A stretch of DNA of 64,000 nt, taken from the NCBI RefSeq assembly GCF_028368995.1, contig NZ_JAQNDL010000004.1, forward strand, positions 448,001 through 512,000. The letters are read 5' to 3'. This document shows, piece by piece, positions 10,241 through 20,693 of this stretch (positions are counted from its first letter, which is position 1; every line of letters starts with the position of its first letter). This DNA comes from Nannocystis bainbridge. Its GTDB lineage: Bacteria > Myxococcota_A > Polyangia > Nannocystales > Nannocystaceae. The translations under genes and the position numbers were made by a program. The notes below the pieces were generated by a model, which saw only the letters and a program-made list of their open reading frames with translations, searched no databases and was not told where the DNA came from.

Positions 10241-10801
10241 ATGGACGTCTCCGAACTCCGCAAGAACGCAAAGGTCCAGCTCGACGGCCACCCCTACGTC
10301 GTCGTCGAATTCTTGTTCGTCAAGCCGGGCAAGGGGCAGGGGCTCTACAAGTGCAAGCTCAAGAACATGATCACCGGCGCGGTCCTCGATCGGACCTGGC
10401 GCTCGGGTGAGCGGTTCGATCCGGCCAACGTCGAGTCGCGCAAGATGCAGTACCTGTTCAAGGACCAGAACGGGTTCACCTTCATGGACAACGAGAGCTA
10501 CGAGCAGGTCGCCCTCGCCGACGAGATCGTCGGCGACGACTCGGCCTTCTTGCTCGACCAGATCGCGGTCGACGTCCTCTTCTACAACGACCGTCCGGTC
10601 GGCGTGACGCTGCCCAGCCACATCGTCATGACCATCACCGAGTGCGAGCCGGGCGTGAAGGGCGACACCGCCACCAACGCGACCAAGAACGCGACCGTCG
10701 AGACCGGCCACAAGATCCAGGTCCCGCTGTTCATCCGCGAGGGTGACAAGGTCAAGATCGACACGCGCACCGGCTCCTACGTCGAGCGCATCAACACCTA
10801 G
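10241..10801 (+). CDS. efp: Elongation factor P
   Basis: 186 aa, VKPGKG loop, PGVKGDT, VPLFIREGDKVKIDTRTGSYVER. Confidence 0.97.
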   Translation: MDVSELRKNAKVQLDGHPYVVVEFLFVKPGKGQGLYKCKLKNMITGAVLDRTWRSGERFDPANVESRKMQYLFKDQNGFTFMDNESYEQVALADEIVGDDSAFLLDQIAVDVLFYNDRPVGVTLPSHIVMTITECEPGVKGDTATNATKNATVETGHKIQVPLFIREGDKVKIDTRTGSYVERINT

Positions 10802-10808
10802 TCGTTCG

Positions 10809-11810
10809 ATGGCGGCCGAGCTCGGCGGGCTCGCGTGGCCCGCCCGCGTACAGATCTGGGACGCCGCGTTGGCCGCCGTGCGCGGCTATTTTCGCGAGGC
10901 GGGCCTGCGCGAGGTCAGCACGCCGGTGCGCGTGCCCGCGGTCGCGGTCGAGCCGTTCATCGAGCCGATCGCCGCGCCGCCGGGCCTGCTGGCGACCAGC
11001 CCCGAGCTGGCGATGAAGCGGCTGCTGGTGCGCGGCAGCGGGCCGATCTTTCAGATCGCCCACGTGTTCCGTCGCGCCGAGGTCGGCGATCGTCACAGCG
11101 AAGAGTTCCACCTCGTCGAGTGGTACCGCCTCGGCGCCGATCTCGATCCGCTGCTCGCCGACGTCGAGGCGCTCGTAGCCCGGGTGTTCGCTGCGACAGG
11201 TACGAACGGACATGTCCCGAAGACCTGGCAGCGCGCGCGCTTCGGCGACGTGGTGACCGCGACCTGCGGCGCGCGCCTGCGCGGCGACGAGGGGCCCGAC
11301 GCCTTGGTGGCCGCGCTGCCGCCGGCGCTGGCCGCCGAGGTGGTCGCGGCGCTGGTGCCGGCCGCGGGCGCGGACCCGGCGGCGCGGACCCTGATGGCGT
11401 GGACGGCTTTCTTTACTGCCTGGTCGGACATGTTCTTCGAGACATGGCTGAAAGGACATGAAGGTACGCACCTGGTCGACTTCCCGGCGCCGCTCGCGGC
11501 GCTGGCGGTGACCGACCCGGAGCGGCCGTGGCTGGCGCGGCGGGCCGAGTGCCACGTCGGCGGGCTGGAGATCGCCAACGGCTACGTCGAGCTGCGCGAC
11601 GCCGACGAGCAGCGGCGTCGGTTCGCGGCGGTCAACGAGCTGCGGCGGGCCCACGGCTCGGCGGCGCTGCCGATCGACGACGAATTCCTGACCGAGCTGC
11701 CCGGGCTGCCGCCGTGCGCCGGGATCGCTCTCGGCCTCGACCGCCTGATCACCCTCGCAGCCTGCCGCACGCGCCTCGCCGACGTCTCGCTCGCCCTCGC
11801 TGGCGGGTGA
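10809..11810 (+). CDS. epmA: EF-P lysine aminoacylase EpmA/GenX
   Basis: LATSPELAMKRLL, FRRAEVGDRHSEEF, LEIANGYVEL, GIALGLDRL; directly downstream of efp. Confidence 0.92.
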   Translation: MAAELGGLAWPARVQIWDAALAAVRGYFREAGLREVSTPVRVPAVAVEPFIEPIAAPPGLLATSPELAMKRLLVRGSGPIFQIAHVFRRAEVGDRHSEEFHLVEWYRLGADLDPLLADVEALVARVFAATGTNGHVPKTWQRARFGDVVTATCGARLRGDEGPDALVAALPPALAAEVVAALVPAAGADPAARTLMAWTAFFTAWSDMFFETWLKGHEGTHLVDFPAPLAALAVTDPERPWLARRAECHVGGLEIANGYVELRDADEQRRRFAAVNELRRAHGSAALPIDDEFLTELPGLPPCAGIALGLDRLITLAACRTRLADVSLALAGG

Positions 11811-12157
11811 GAAGACCCGATGCAGAAGGGGCTCGGGCGATCCACGGGCGCGAGCCTCGAGTGACTTGGTGTTCGGGGCAGGGGCGGGCGCCGGCGGCGA
11901 CCCCTGGCGGCACACCGCGACACCCTCGGCCTGCGGCGGCGATGCGGCGAGGGGGAGCGGCTCGCGCTGGACGGATGGCTAGGGCCGCGGGGATCCGCAG
12001 ATCGGACCGAGTTCGGACGCCGGACCGTGCAGGCCGCCTCGCACGTGCGCCGTGGCCTTGCGGCCCCGCCGCCAGGACCGGAGGTCGGCCCGCGGTCGCG
12101 CTCGGAACCGCGGGGCGTCTTGAACTCCCCTCACATGTCTGTACACTGGCGCTCTCC

Positions 12158-13231
12158 ATGCGTCCGATTCTCGCCGCAGTTGCCGCGTGTGCCCTGTTCC
12201 TGGCGCCCGGCTGCACCAAGATCGCCGCGCGCGACTTCATCCGCGAGGGAAACACCCTCTACGCCAACGGGCAGTATCGCGAGGCGATCGAGAAGTACAA
12301 CGAGGCCGAGAAGCTGGAGCCCGACCTGGTCACGCTGTTCTGGAACCGCGCCTGCGCGGCCGAGAGCATCGTCCTCAAGATCAAGGATCCGAACCAGCTC
12401 GCCGATCGCAAGGTCTTCACCGACCTCGCGCTGTCGGACTTCAAGACCTGGCTCGACCGCGCCGGCAACGAGGTGACCGAAGACGACCGCGCGGCGTACC
12501 TCAACCACCGGCTCGCGCTGCTCGACGCCGACGAGCGCTGCGACGACCTGCTGTCCTACTTCCTCGAGCAGCACAACAAGAACTCGAAGGAAGAGGGCTG
12601 GTACACGCGCATCGCCAAGCAGTACGAAACCTGCGGGCGCACCAAGGACGCCGACGAGTGGTTCGTCAAGCGCACGGTCGACTTCCCGACCAGCGTGCGC
12701 GCCTACCTCTCGCTGGCGATCCGCAAGCTCGAGCGGCTCTACCCCGAGCCCGACAGCGGCGTGCAGTACAACACCAACTTGTCGGAGGAAGAGCGCCTGG
12801 CGCTCGCCAACGAGGCGATCGCCCTCCTCGACAAGGCGACGATGATCGACCACAAGTTCATCGAGGCGTACATCTACCGGTCGATCGCGTACACCCAGCG
12901 GCAGCTGGCGCGGCGCTACGGCGACGATCCGACGCAGAACACCGCCTACGAGAACCTCAACCTGATCCTCGCGCGCGAGGACGGCATGTCGGCGTGGCGG
13001 CAGCAGAAGGCGATCTGCGACATCAAGGTCGAGCCCGAGTGCCCGACTGACAAGGCGCCGGAGGGCCCGTGCTGCATGCTGGCGCCGCGCCCGATCTCCC
13101 CCGAAGAAGAGGCTTCCGACGCCGAGCGCAAGAAGGCGATCGAGGAGGAGATCCGGGTGCTCGAGAGCGGCGCCACGCCGGAGCCGGTCAAGGGCAAGGG
13201 CAAGAAGGTCAAGGGGCAGGGCAGCAAGTAG
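12158..13231 (+). CDS. TPR-repeat lipoprotein
   Basis: LAPGC lipobox; TPR REGNTLYANGQYREAIEKYNEAEKLEP. Confidence 0.8.
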   Translation: MRPILAAVAACALFLAPGCTKIAARDFIREGNTLYANGQYREAIEKYNEAEKLEPDLVTLFWNRACAAESIVLKIKDPNQLADRKVFTDLALSDFKTWLDRAGNEVTEDDRAAYLNHRLALLDADERCDDLLSYFLEQHNKNSKEEGWYTRIAKQYETCGRTKDADEWFVKRTVDFPTSVRAYLSLAIRKLERLYPEPDSGVQYNTNLSEEERLALANEAIALLDKATMIDHKFIEAYIYRSIAYTQRQLARRYGDDPTQNTAYENLNLILAREDGMSAWRQQKAICDIKVEPECPTDKAPEGPCCMLAPRPISPEEEASDAERKKAIEEEIRVLESGATPEPVKGKGKKVKGQGSK

Positions 13232-13281
13232 TCGCGGCGCCCGCTTCGCACGCGGGCGTTCGGGGCCAGTGAGACCGCACC

Positions 13282-14085
13282 ATGTTTGAACACTATCTCA
13301 CGTACCAAAAGTCCGACCCCAAGCGTCAGCGCCGGATCGCGATCGCTTCGGTCGTGTCGGGCACGCTCACCTTCTCCGGCATCATCTTCGTCTGGGCCGC
13401 GAACAAGATGAACATCACCAAGGTGGACCCGCCGACGGTCCAGTTCTTGATGGTGCAGATGAGCGCCGAGGAGGCCGCGCCGCCTCCACCTCCGCCTCCG
13501 CCGCCCGCCGCGGCCGAGACCCAGGAGGAAGAGGAGAAGGAAGAGATCCCCGAGGAGGACGTCCCGGAGGAGATCGTTCAGCCGAAGGAGACGCCCGACA
13601 AGGTGCCCGACGTGAAGAAGACGGCGGGCGGCCCCAAGACCAATTCGGTGCCCGGCGGCGTGCCCGGCGGCGTGCCCGGCGGTGTGCCCGGCGGCGTGCT
13701 GGGCGGTGTGCTGGGCGGTCAGCTCGGCGGCCAGCTCGGCGGCGTGGCGACCAAGCGCGACGCGACCCAGGCGGTCGCGCCGAAGCCGATCGCGGTGGTC
13801 ATGGGCAACGCCATCTACAAGCCCGATCCCGAGAGCAACAAGCTCGCCGCGACCAAGGCCGGCATGTTCGACAAGCGGCCCGGCACCGTCACGATCTTCT
13901 TCTGCGTCGACGTCGACGGCAAGACGACCGAAGTGAAGACCAAGAAGAAGTTCCCCCACAACGACCCCAAGGTCGACGAAATCTGCCGCGACACGGTCAA
14001 GAAGTGGCGCTTCAAGCCCTTCATGGTCGGCGGCAAGGCGACCAAGGTGTGCTCCGAGGTCGACTTCAACATCAAGTTCAACTGA
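13282..14085 (+). CDS. TonB-like energy transducer
   Basis: N-terminal TM helix, poly-Pro and Glu-rich linker, GGVP repeats, TonB_C-like end (VDVDGK...KKWRFKPF...VDFNIKF). Confidence 0.85.
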   Translation: MFEHYLTYQKSDPKRQRRIAIASVVSGTLTFSGIIFVWAANKMNITKVDPPTVQFLMVQMSAEEAAPPPPPPPPPAAAETQEEEEKEEIPEEDVPEEIVQPKETPDKVPDVKKTAGGPKTNSVPGGVPGGVPGGVPGGVLGGVLGGQLGGQLGGVATKRDATQAVAPKPIAVVMGNAIYKPDPESNKLAATKAGMFDKRPGTVTIFFCVDVDGKTTEVKTKKKFPHNDPKVDEICRDTVKKWRFKPFMVGGKATKVCSEVDFNIKFN

Positions 14086-14227
14086 CTTCAGGGCCCTCCG
14101 GGCTCGAGCGCCACCGCCTCCGGGCCTGAGCGCTCCACGGTCTACCGGCCCTGGTCCTCGCCGGCGCGACCTCAAGACTTCTGGCCTCGCGGCTCCACCC
14201 GCCGGCCCCGCCAAGACCCCAATACAA

Positions 14228-14396
14228 GGCCCTTCGGGCCTGATCCACTGCACGGCCCTCCGGGCCTGATCCACTGCACGGCCCTCCGGGCCTGATCCAC
14301 TGCACGGCCCTCCGGGCCTGATCCACTGCACGGCCCTCCGGGCCTGATCCACTGCACGGCCCTCCGGGCCTGATCCACCGCACGGCCTTCAGGCCC
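14228..14396. repeat. Tandem array of 6.5 x 26-bp hairpin units
   Basis: GGCCCTCCGGGCCTGATCCACTGCAC at 14228, 14254, 14280, 14306, 14332 and 14358, plus a partial copy at 14384; no spacers. Confidence 0.97.
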
Positions 14397-14430
14397 TCAG
14401 CCGACCCCAACGAGAAGACAGGCATCCGAC

Positions 14431-15167
14431 ATGGAGCTCATCGACATCACCACGCTACTCGCCAACACCGGCGGCACGGACTTCTCCCTCGCAGGCATGT
14501 GGGAGCAGATGGGCATCTTCGCCAAGGTCATCTTGGTGTTGCTCATGCTCATGTTCCTGCTGTCTCTGGCGATCGTGCTCGAGCGCCTGCGGGCTTACTC
14601 GCGGTCGCGGCGGCACTCGATCCAGTACATCATGCTGCTGCGCAACTTCTTGCAGGAGCGCAAGCTGCAAGAGGCGGTCGCGGCGGCGCAGACCCACGGC
14701 GACAGCCCGCTGGCCAAGGTCGTCGGCGCCGGTCTGAACGAGTACATCAAGGGCATGGAGGCCCTCAACGAGGAGGGTCCCGAGGATGTCGGCGACTTCG
14801 ACCTCGTCGACGCGGTCAACCGCCAGCTCGAGCGCGCCAAGGAGCGTGAGACGGCCAACCTCAAGCGCGGCCTGACCTCGCTGGCGACCGTCGGCACCAC
14901 CGCCCCGTTCGTCGGCCTCCTCGGCACCGTGGTCGGCATCATCAACTCGTTCCAGGGCATCTCGTCCGACGGCGGCGGCGGTCTGTCGTCGGTCGCCGGC
15001 GGGATCTCCGAGGCCCTCGTCGCCACCGCGGTGGGCCTCCTCGTCGCCATCCCGGCGGTCGTGATGTTCAACTCCTTCAACGCGCGGGTCGAGGGCTTCC
15101 AGATCGACATGAACGACGTGGCGTCGGAGCTCATCGACTTCGTCCTCAAGGAAGGGCGCTACCCCTG

Positions 15168-15168
<1 letters not shown>
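14431..15168 (+). CDS. MotA/TolQ/ExbB proton channel protein
   Basis: LATVGTTAPFVGLLGTVVGII, GISEALVATAVGLLVAIPA. Confidence 0.95.
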
Positions 15169-15695
<527 letters not shown>

Positions 15696-15963
15696 GCGTC
15701 CGTGATGCTGCGGCCGGGCGAGCGGCCGGGCTGTCGGCGATGCCTCCAGGCGCTCGCGCCACCGACCCCGAGTTGTTCGCCGCGTCACCGAACCCGCCAT
15801 CGCCGAGCTCCCCGCGTCCGAACTCCGTCCGAACCAAAGCCCGCTCAAACCCCGCGGCGCGACCCTCCCCAGGGCGCGCCGCTTGCGTTTTTCCTATCCC
15901 TCCGCGGCAAACGGCGGTAGGCTAATTATCAGCGCGAGCCCTCGGCGGCCGCGAAGGATCACC

Positions 15964-16410
15964 ATGAGCATGTCCGCAGGTGGCTCCAAAAAGGGAGCCC
16001 AGAGCGATATCAACGTCACTCCGCTCGTCGACGTCTGTCTCGTGCTGCTCATCATCTTCATGGTGATGCTGCCGAAGAACGTGCCCGAGCTTTCGGTCAA
16101 GGTGCCGCCCGAGAGCAAGACGCGGCAGAAGCCGCAGCCCGAGAGTGAGAACCTCGTCCTCGGTCTGACGAAAGACGGGGCCATCACGATCAACCGGACG
16201 CCGGTCGACAAGGCGAGCCTCAAGGACACGCTGGAGAACCAGCTCAAGTTCCGCGACAAGAAGGTCATCTTCGTCAACTTCGACGATGACGCCGTCTACG
16301 GGCTCGCGGTCGAGGTGCTCGACATCGCCAAGCACTCCGGCGCTGACGTGCTCGGCATCATGAAGAACAAGGACAAGCCGACTCCGGACAGCTTGCGGCA
16401 GAAAACCTAA
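15964..16410 (+). CDS. ExbD/TolR protein 2
   Basis: Same TM motif; start inferred at MSMSAGG. Confidence 0.92.
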   Translation: MSMSAGGSKKGAQSDINVTPLVDVCLVLLIIFMVMLPKNVPELSVKVPPESKTRQKPQPESENLVLGLTKDGAITINRTPVDKASLKDTLENQLKFRDKKVIFVNFDDDAVYGLAVEVLDIAKHSGADVLGIMKNKDKPTPDSLRQKT

Positions 16411-16418
16411 CCGACTCG

Positions 16419-19400
16419 ATGAGCAGGACCGACGCCATGCGTAAAAACCTCCTCCGAAGCATTCCCCGCTTGTCGCGCCCGATTCACCGCGGCGACGCCG
16501 GCTCTGGCGCCTGGGCGCTGGCCGTGTTCGCTGTGTTCGGCGCCTCGACGGTGTTGAGCGGCTGTGTGACCGACCCCGATTGCGGCGTCTGTGACCCCGA
16601 GAACCTGATCCTCGAGACCGTCGCGGGCGTCAATTATGCCGGCAAGGTCGTCAAGCTGCTCGGCCCCGAGTGCGAGGGTCCCGAGTGTCCAGGCGAGATC
16701 AAGAACGGCAACTACTTCGTCGAGAAGGTCATCCCCTGTCTGGAGACCGACGCGGCGCTCGAGGCCCCGCGCGGCGCCCAGGAGTGGTGCAAGGTCTCGC
16801 CGCTGATCGTCACCGACGGCCTGCAGTTCATCTTCAACAACCTGCTGGATCCGCAGTCGGTCGAGCTCGTCCGCAAGTCGCCGGTCAACCCGCAGCTGTT
16901 CGAGGTCTACGACTGGAAGACGAACATCGTCCACCTCGAAGGCCCGATCACGCGCTATAACGGCGACTATCGCCCGGGTTCGCAGACGGCGCCCGACCAG
17001 GTGGCGCGCCTCGTCAACCTGGCCTGCATCGACAACCTGAACGAGCAGGGCAAGGGGTTCAACCACGAGAACGTGGCCGACAACTCCTGTGACGGCCTGT
17101 TCGTCGACCCGAAGTCGAAGAAGACCATCCCGCTCAAGATGCGGGTGGCCGAAGAGGTCAAGACCTACAAGGGCGAGACCGACGCGCGCCGCGCCTCGCA
17201 GTCGTGCACGACCCCGCAGGACGGCGTCGACACCTGCTGCGACGCGTGTGACTACGAGCTCGCGGTCAACATCGCCAAGTACGGCACGACCACGCCGGTC
17301 CCGGCCAGCCAGGAGGCCAACAGCAACCAGCTGCGCAGCCCCAACGCCGGCAACGCGCTCACCTGCGATCTGATGGGCGACAAGTTCGCGCAGTGCCGCG
17401 ACTTCATCCCGTACGTGAACCGGACCGAGGAGGTCCGCGAGTACTCGTACGACTGGACCGACGGCAAGCAGACCTTCCGCGTGCCGCTGCAGGACAAGCT
17501 GCGCGAGACGCATCCCGACGAGCGCCCGCCCGGCCTCGAGCAGCTCAACATCCGCTGCGAGACCGACGAGGACTGCGCGGTCAAGCCGTATCCGGCCCTG
17601 CCGGGCAGCAACTGCGTCGGCACCAAGAACGGCGCCGCGTGCAGCGGCTCCGATCCGGAGTGCGAGGACAAGTTCTGCCGCGCCGAGTGGTTCGTCGAGT
17701 GCCGCGTCGAGACGGCCACCACCGGCGAGCAGGGCTACTGCGTCGACAAGCGCTGGAACGGCAACGGCGTCGCCGCTTGCTTCCAGACCCAGGTCCCGTA
17801 CCCGATCTGCCGCGACGAGACGTGCACCTCCAAGCAGTCGGAGTCGGCGGACAAGGCCAAGGGCCGCCGCTTCGCCTTCGCCGACTCCGACCTCAGCAAC
17901 TCGATCTCGGCGCTCGAGGGCTGCCGCGCCGAGCTCAGCAAAGGTGGCCAGGTGCCCGCCGCTTGCGACCCGTACTTCCAGGAAGGCGTCCAGCCGACGA
18001 GCCGCTACGACCGCAAGGAGACGCTGCCGAGCGTCGCTCGCAACTGCGTGTGCGAGGAGGATCCGGCGCCCGGTTGCGGCGACCTCGTGGCCTCGCTGTG
18101 CCGCGAGGGCGGCGACATCAACAAGCCCTTGATCAAGGAGAAGATCGGGCAGTACGCGATGAAGTTCGTGTCGAAGAACGGCGGCGTGATCTACGACCCG
18201 GCGATCAAGGGCGTGCTGTTCTTGCCGGCCGACCTCGGCGCGGTCCCGCGGAGCTTCGCCGAGACCTGCTCGGCGGGCCGGTCCAAGGGCGCCGGTGCGC
18301 TCAACATCCGCGACGGCTGGCGCGGCAACGACAACGGGTTCTTCGAGAGCTACGAGAACTTCGATCGCGCGATGTGCTCGAGCTCGACCTACAAGATCGT
18401 CTTCAACGACGAGTCGACGAAGAACGAGACGACCGGCGGCATCGCCCAATACATCCGCGACAAGGTCGGCAACACGCTGCGGGACAAGGCGACCTACGTC
18501 ATCCACACGCCCGACTTCCACGTCGTCCCGGGCAGCGGCTTCCCGACCAACAACCTGCGCATCGGCGCGTGCGACGACTTCGAGCTGCGCTTCTCGAACA
18601 AGTACGACATGAGCCCGTCGAACTTGCTGAAGCTGCAGATCATCGAGCTCGGCGGCACCGACGAAGAGCCGGTCGAGGGCAAGGTGATCGCGGGCGGCCC
18701 CGGTTGCGCCAAGACGGCCGAGGACCTCGAGGCCGGCGTCGGCAGCGTGCCGTGCCTGTCGGTCAACGTCCGCGACCAGGACATCGGGTCGGTCCGCGTC
18801 GAGATCGACGCCAAGGAGTTCGGCGCCATCCTGCAGCCGAATTCCAGCGACAACCCGATCCGCTACCGCTTCAAGGTCCCGGGCCTCACGCTCGCCGACG
18901 GCGAGGACGTGTTCGAGGCGATGAAGAACCGCCCGGCCGACTACGCGGCGGCGTTCTGGGACGCGTGCGGCATGCCGCTCGTGCTCGGCATGCCGAAGGT
19001 CGACGGCGACGGGAACGTGGCGAAGGGTGGCAAGGCCGCCTCGCCGGACTTCTGGTACGACTTCGAGATCGACTCGCCGAAGTGCAAGGAGGACGAGGAC
19101 CTCGACGGCTTCCCGTTCTCCTGCGACAACGCGCCCGACGACTTCAACCCGGACCAGGTCAACAGCGACGGCGACGAGGCCGGCGACGTGGTCGACCTGT
19201 GCCCGACGGTGGCGACGATGAACCCGTTTGCCGACACCGACAAGGACGGCATCGGCAACGAGTGCGACTTCTGCACCCGCCCGGTGGCCACCTACAACAA
19301 GAACGCGGCGGCGGCCTCGGCCTCGGAGAAGATGAAGGTCCGCAACATCCCGGACCAGTCCGACTTCGACCGCGACGGCATCGGCGACGTCTGCGACAAC

Positions 19401-20555
19401 TGCATCACCGTGGCCAACTGCGGCGACTTCGGCGAGGGTGGCAACAAGAAGCCGGCCAAGATCGGCGACCCCGTCCCGTTCAACAACGACAGCCAGTGCC
19501 AGGTCGACATCGACGCCAACCCGTTCATCGGTGACGCGTGCGTCGGGCTGATTACGATGCCCGAGATGGGCGCGGCGGGCCCGGTCGGCTTCGGCCTCGA
19601 GGACGACTTCGACCAGGACGGCGTCGCCAACAAGGACGACAGGTGCCCGCGCCAGCGTGTCAAGGCGTGCACTGAGGACGCGGAGTGCGGCGGCGAGGAC
19701 GTGACCTGCGCAGCCGGGTTCTGCAGCAACCACTCGGACTTCGACGGCGACGACGTCGGCGACATCTGCGACACCTGTCCGTTCGATCAGAACCCGCAGC
19801 AGGTCCAGATGGGCATGTCGGAGGAGAACGACCTCGACGGCGACTTCGTCGGCTTCAACTGCGAGACCAACAACGAGTGCTTCGACCGTCCGGACGCGCG
19901 CCCGATCGCGTTCTACGACAAGGTCGCGCCCTCGGGCATGTGCTGCACGACGGTGTTCCCGGTCGACACGCTCGACGCCCCGCGCCTGATGCCCGACGGC
20001 GAGCCGCTCGAACGCGACGAAGTCGAGCGCCTGATGATGGAGTACCAGGCCGCGCGGGAGGCGTGGGCGATGGCGATGGACGGCTCCGAGCCGCCGCTCC
20101 CGCCGCTGTTCGTCCCGCTCAAGGCCGACTGCGGCGGCGAGGGGCCCGACAAGTGCCGCCAGCTGCCGCCGAAGGTCCTCGGCATCCACGGCGTCGTCAA
20201 CCTGCCGCCCGGCTGCGCCGAGGCCGGTCAGCCGCTCAACCTCGACAGCCCGAGCATCAACGGCAACGCCGACGAGCTCTACAAGTTCATGTGCACGCTG
20301 CCGCAGCGCGACCAGGACTTCGACGGCATCGGCGACGAGTGCGATCTGTGCCAGTTCTCGTTCGACCCCGACAACACCCTGTACAAGGACCAGAACAACA
20401 AGGTGTGGCCGCAGTACGGCCAGTACTGCAGCGGCGTGTGGGCCGTCGACGTGGCGCCCCGCCTGCTCTCGCAGTGCGGTGACCTGTCCGAGGACGTGGG
20501 CATGACCACGACCGACACCACGACCGGTGGCATGACCACGACCACCGGCGGCTGA
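16419..20555 (+). CDS. Large Cys-rich lipoprotein with thrombospondin type-3 (Ca-binding) repeats
   Basis: VLSGC lipobox; about 8 DxDxDG.GD.CD-type repeats (e.g. DFDRDGIGDVCDNC); many Cys; the start could be 16437. Confidence 0.88.
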   Translation: MSRTDAMRKNLLRSIPRLSRPIHRGDAGSGAWALAVFAVFGASTVLSGCVTDPDCGVCDPENLILETVAGVNYAGKVVKLLGPECEGPECPGEIKNGNYFVEKVIPCLETDAALEAPRGAQEWCKVSPLIVTDGLQFIFNNLLDPQSVELVRKSPVNPQLFEVYDWKTNIVHLEGPITRYNGDYRPGSQTAPDQVARLVNLACIDNLNEQGKGFNHENVADNSCDGLFVDPKSKKTIPLKMRVAEEVKTYKGETDARRASQSCTTPQDGVDTCCDACDYELAVNIAKYGTTTPVPASQEANSNQLRSPNAGNALTCDLMGDKFAQCRDFIPYVNRTEEVREYSYDWTDGKQTFRVPLQDKLRETHPDERPPGLEQLNIRCETDEDCAVKPYPALPGSNCVGTKNGAACSGSDPECEDKFCRAEWFVECRVETATTGEQGYCVDKRWNGNGVAACFQTQVPYPICRDETCTSKQSESADKAKGRRFAFADSDLSNSISALEGCRAELSKGGQVPAACDPYFQEGVQPTSRYDRKETLPSVARNCVCEEDPAPGCGDLVASLCREGGDINKPLIKEKIGQYAMKFVSKNGGVIYDPAIKGVLFLPADLGAVPRSFAETCSAGRSKGAGALNIRDGWRGNDNGFFESYENFDRAMCSSSTYKIVFNDESTKNETTGGIAQYIRDKVGNTLRDKATYVIHTPDFHVVPGSGFPTNNLRIGACDDFELRFSNKYDMSPSNLLKLQIIELGGTDEEPVEGKVIAGGPGCAKTAEDLEAGVGSVPCLSVNVRDQDIGSVRVEIDAKEFGAILQPNSSDNPIRYRFKVPGLTLADGEDVFEAMKNRPADYAAAFWDACGMPLVLGMPKVDGDGNVAKGGKAASPDFWYDFEIDSPKCKEDEDLDGFPFSCDNAPDDFNPDQVNSDGDEAGDVVDLCPTVATMNPFADTDKDGIGNECDFCTRPVATYNKNAAAASASEKMKVRNIPDQSDFDRDGIGDVCDNCITVANCGDFGEGGNKKPAKIGDPVPFNNDSQCQVDIDANPFIGDACVGLITMPEMGAAGPVGFGLEDDFDQDGVANKDDRCPRQRVKACTEDAECGGEDVTCAAGFCSNHSDFDGDDVGDICDTCPFDQNPQQVQMGMSEENDLDGDFVGFNCETNNECFDRPDARPIAFYDKVAPSGMCCTTVFPVDTLDAPRLMPDGEPLERDEVERLMMEYQAAREAWAMAMDGSEPPLPPLFVPLKADCGGEGPDKCRQLPPKVLGIHGVVNLPPGCAEAGQPLNLDSPSINGNADELYKFMCTLPQRDQDFDGIGDECDLCQFSFDPDNTLYKDQNNKVWPQYGQYCSGVWAVDVAPRLLSQCGDLSEDVGMTTTDTTTGGMTTTTGG

Positions 20556-20579
20556 GTCGTCTCCGCGACGCGCTCGACG

Positions 20580-20614
20580 AAGAAGGGGCCGCCCTGCGCG
20601 GCCCCTTCTTTTTT
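20580..20614 (+). terminator. Rho-independent terminator
   Basis: AAGAAGGGGCCGC / GCGGCCCCTTCTT stem followed by a T run. Confidence 0.9.
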
Positions 20615-20693
20615 GCGCGTGCAACGTCCGACGCGCTGCCCGAGCGAAGCGCCGGTTACGGCGCTTCGCTTCACGGCGGTCGCGTCTCGCGGT

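Noticed and set aside
13648-13746. 12-bp tandem repeat (GTGCCCGGCGGC)n in tonB as a DNA element
   Set aside because: In-frame GGVP/GGVL peptide repeat that is common in TonB linkers
14228-14396. CRISPR array interpretation of the 26-bp hairpin repeat
   Set aside because: Units abut directly with no unique spacers, and there are no cas genes in the window
16407-20624. 1405-aa minus-strand ORF and similar long antisense ORFs (e.g. 59109..63500, 45854..49216, 25953..28073)
   Set aside because: Shadow ORFs caused by high GC3 on the opposite strand of well-supported genes; no recognisable motifs
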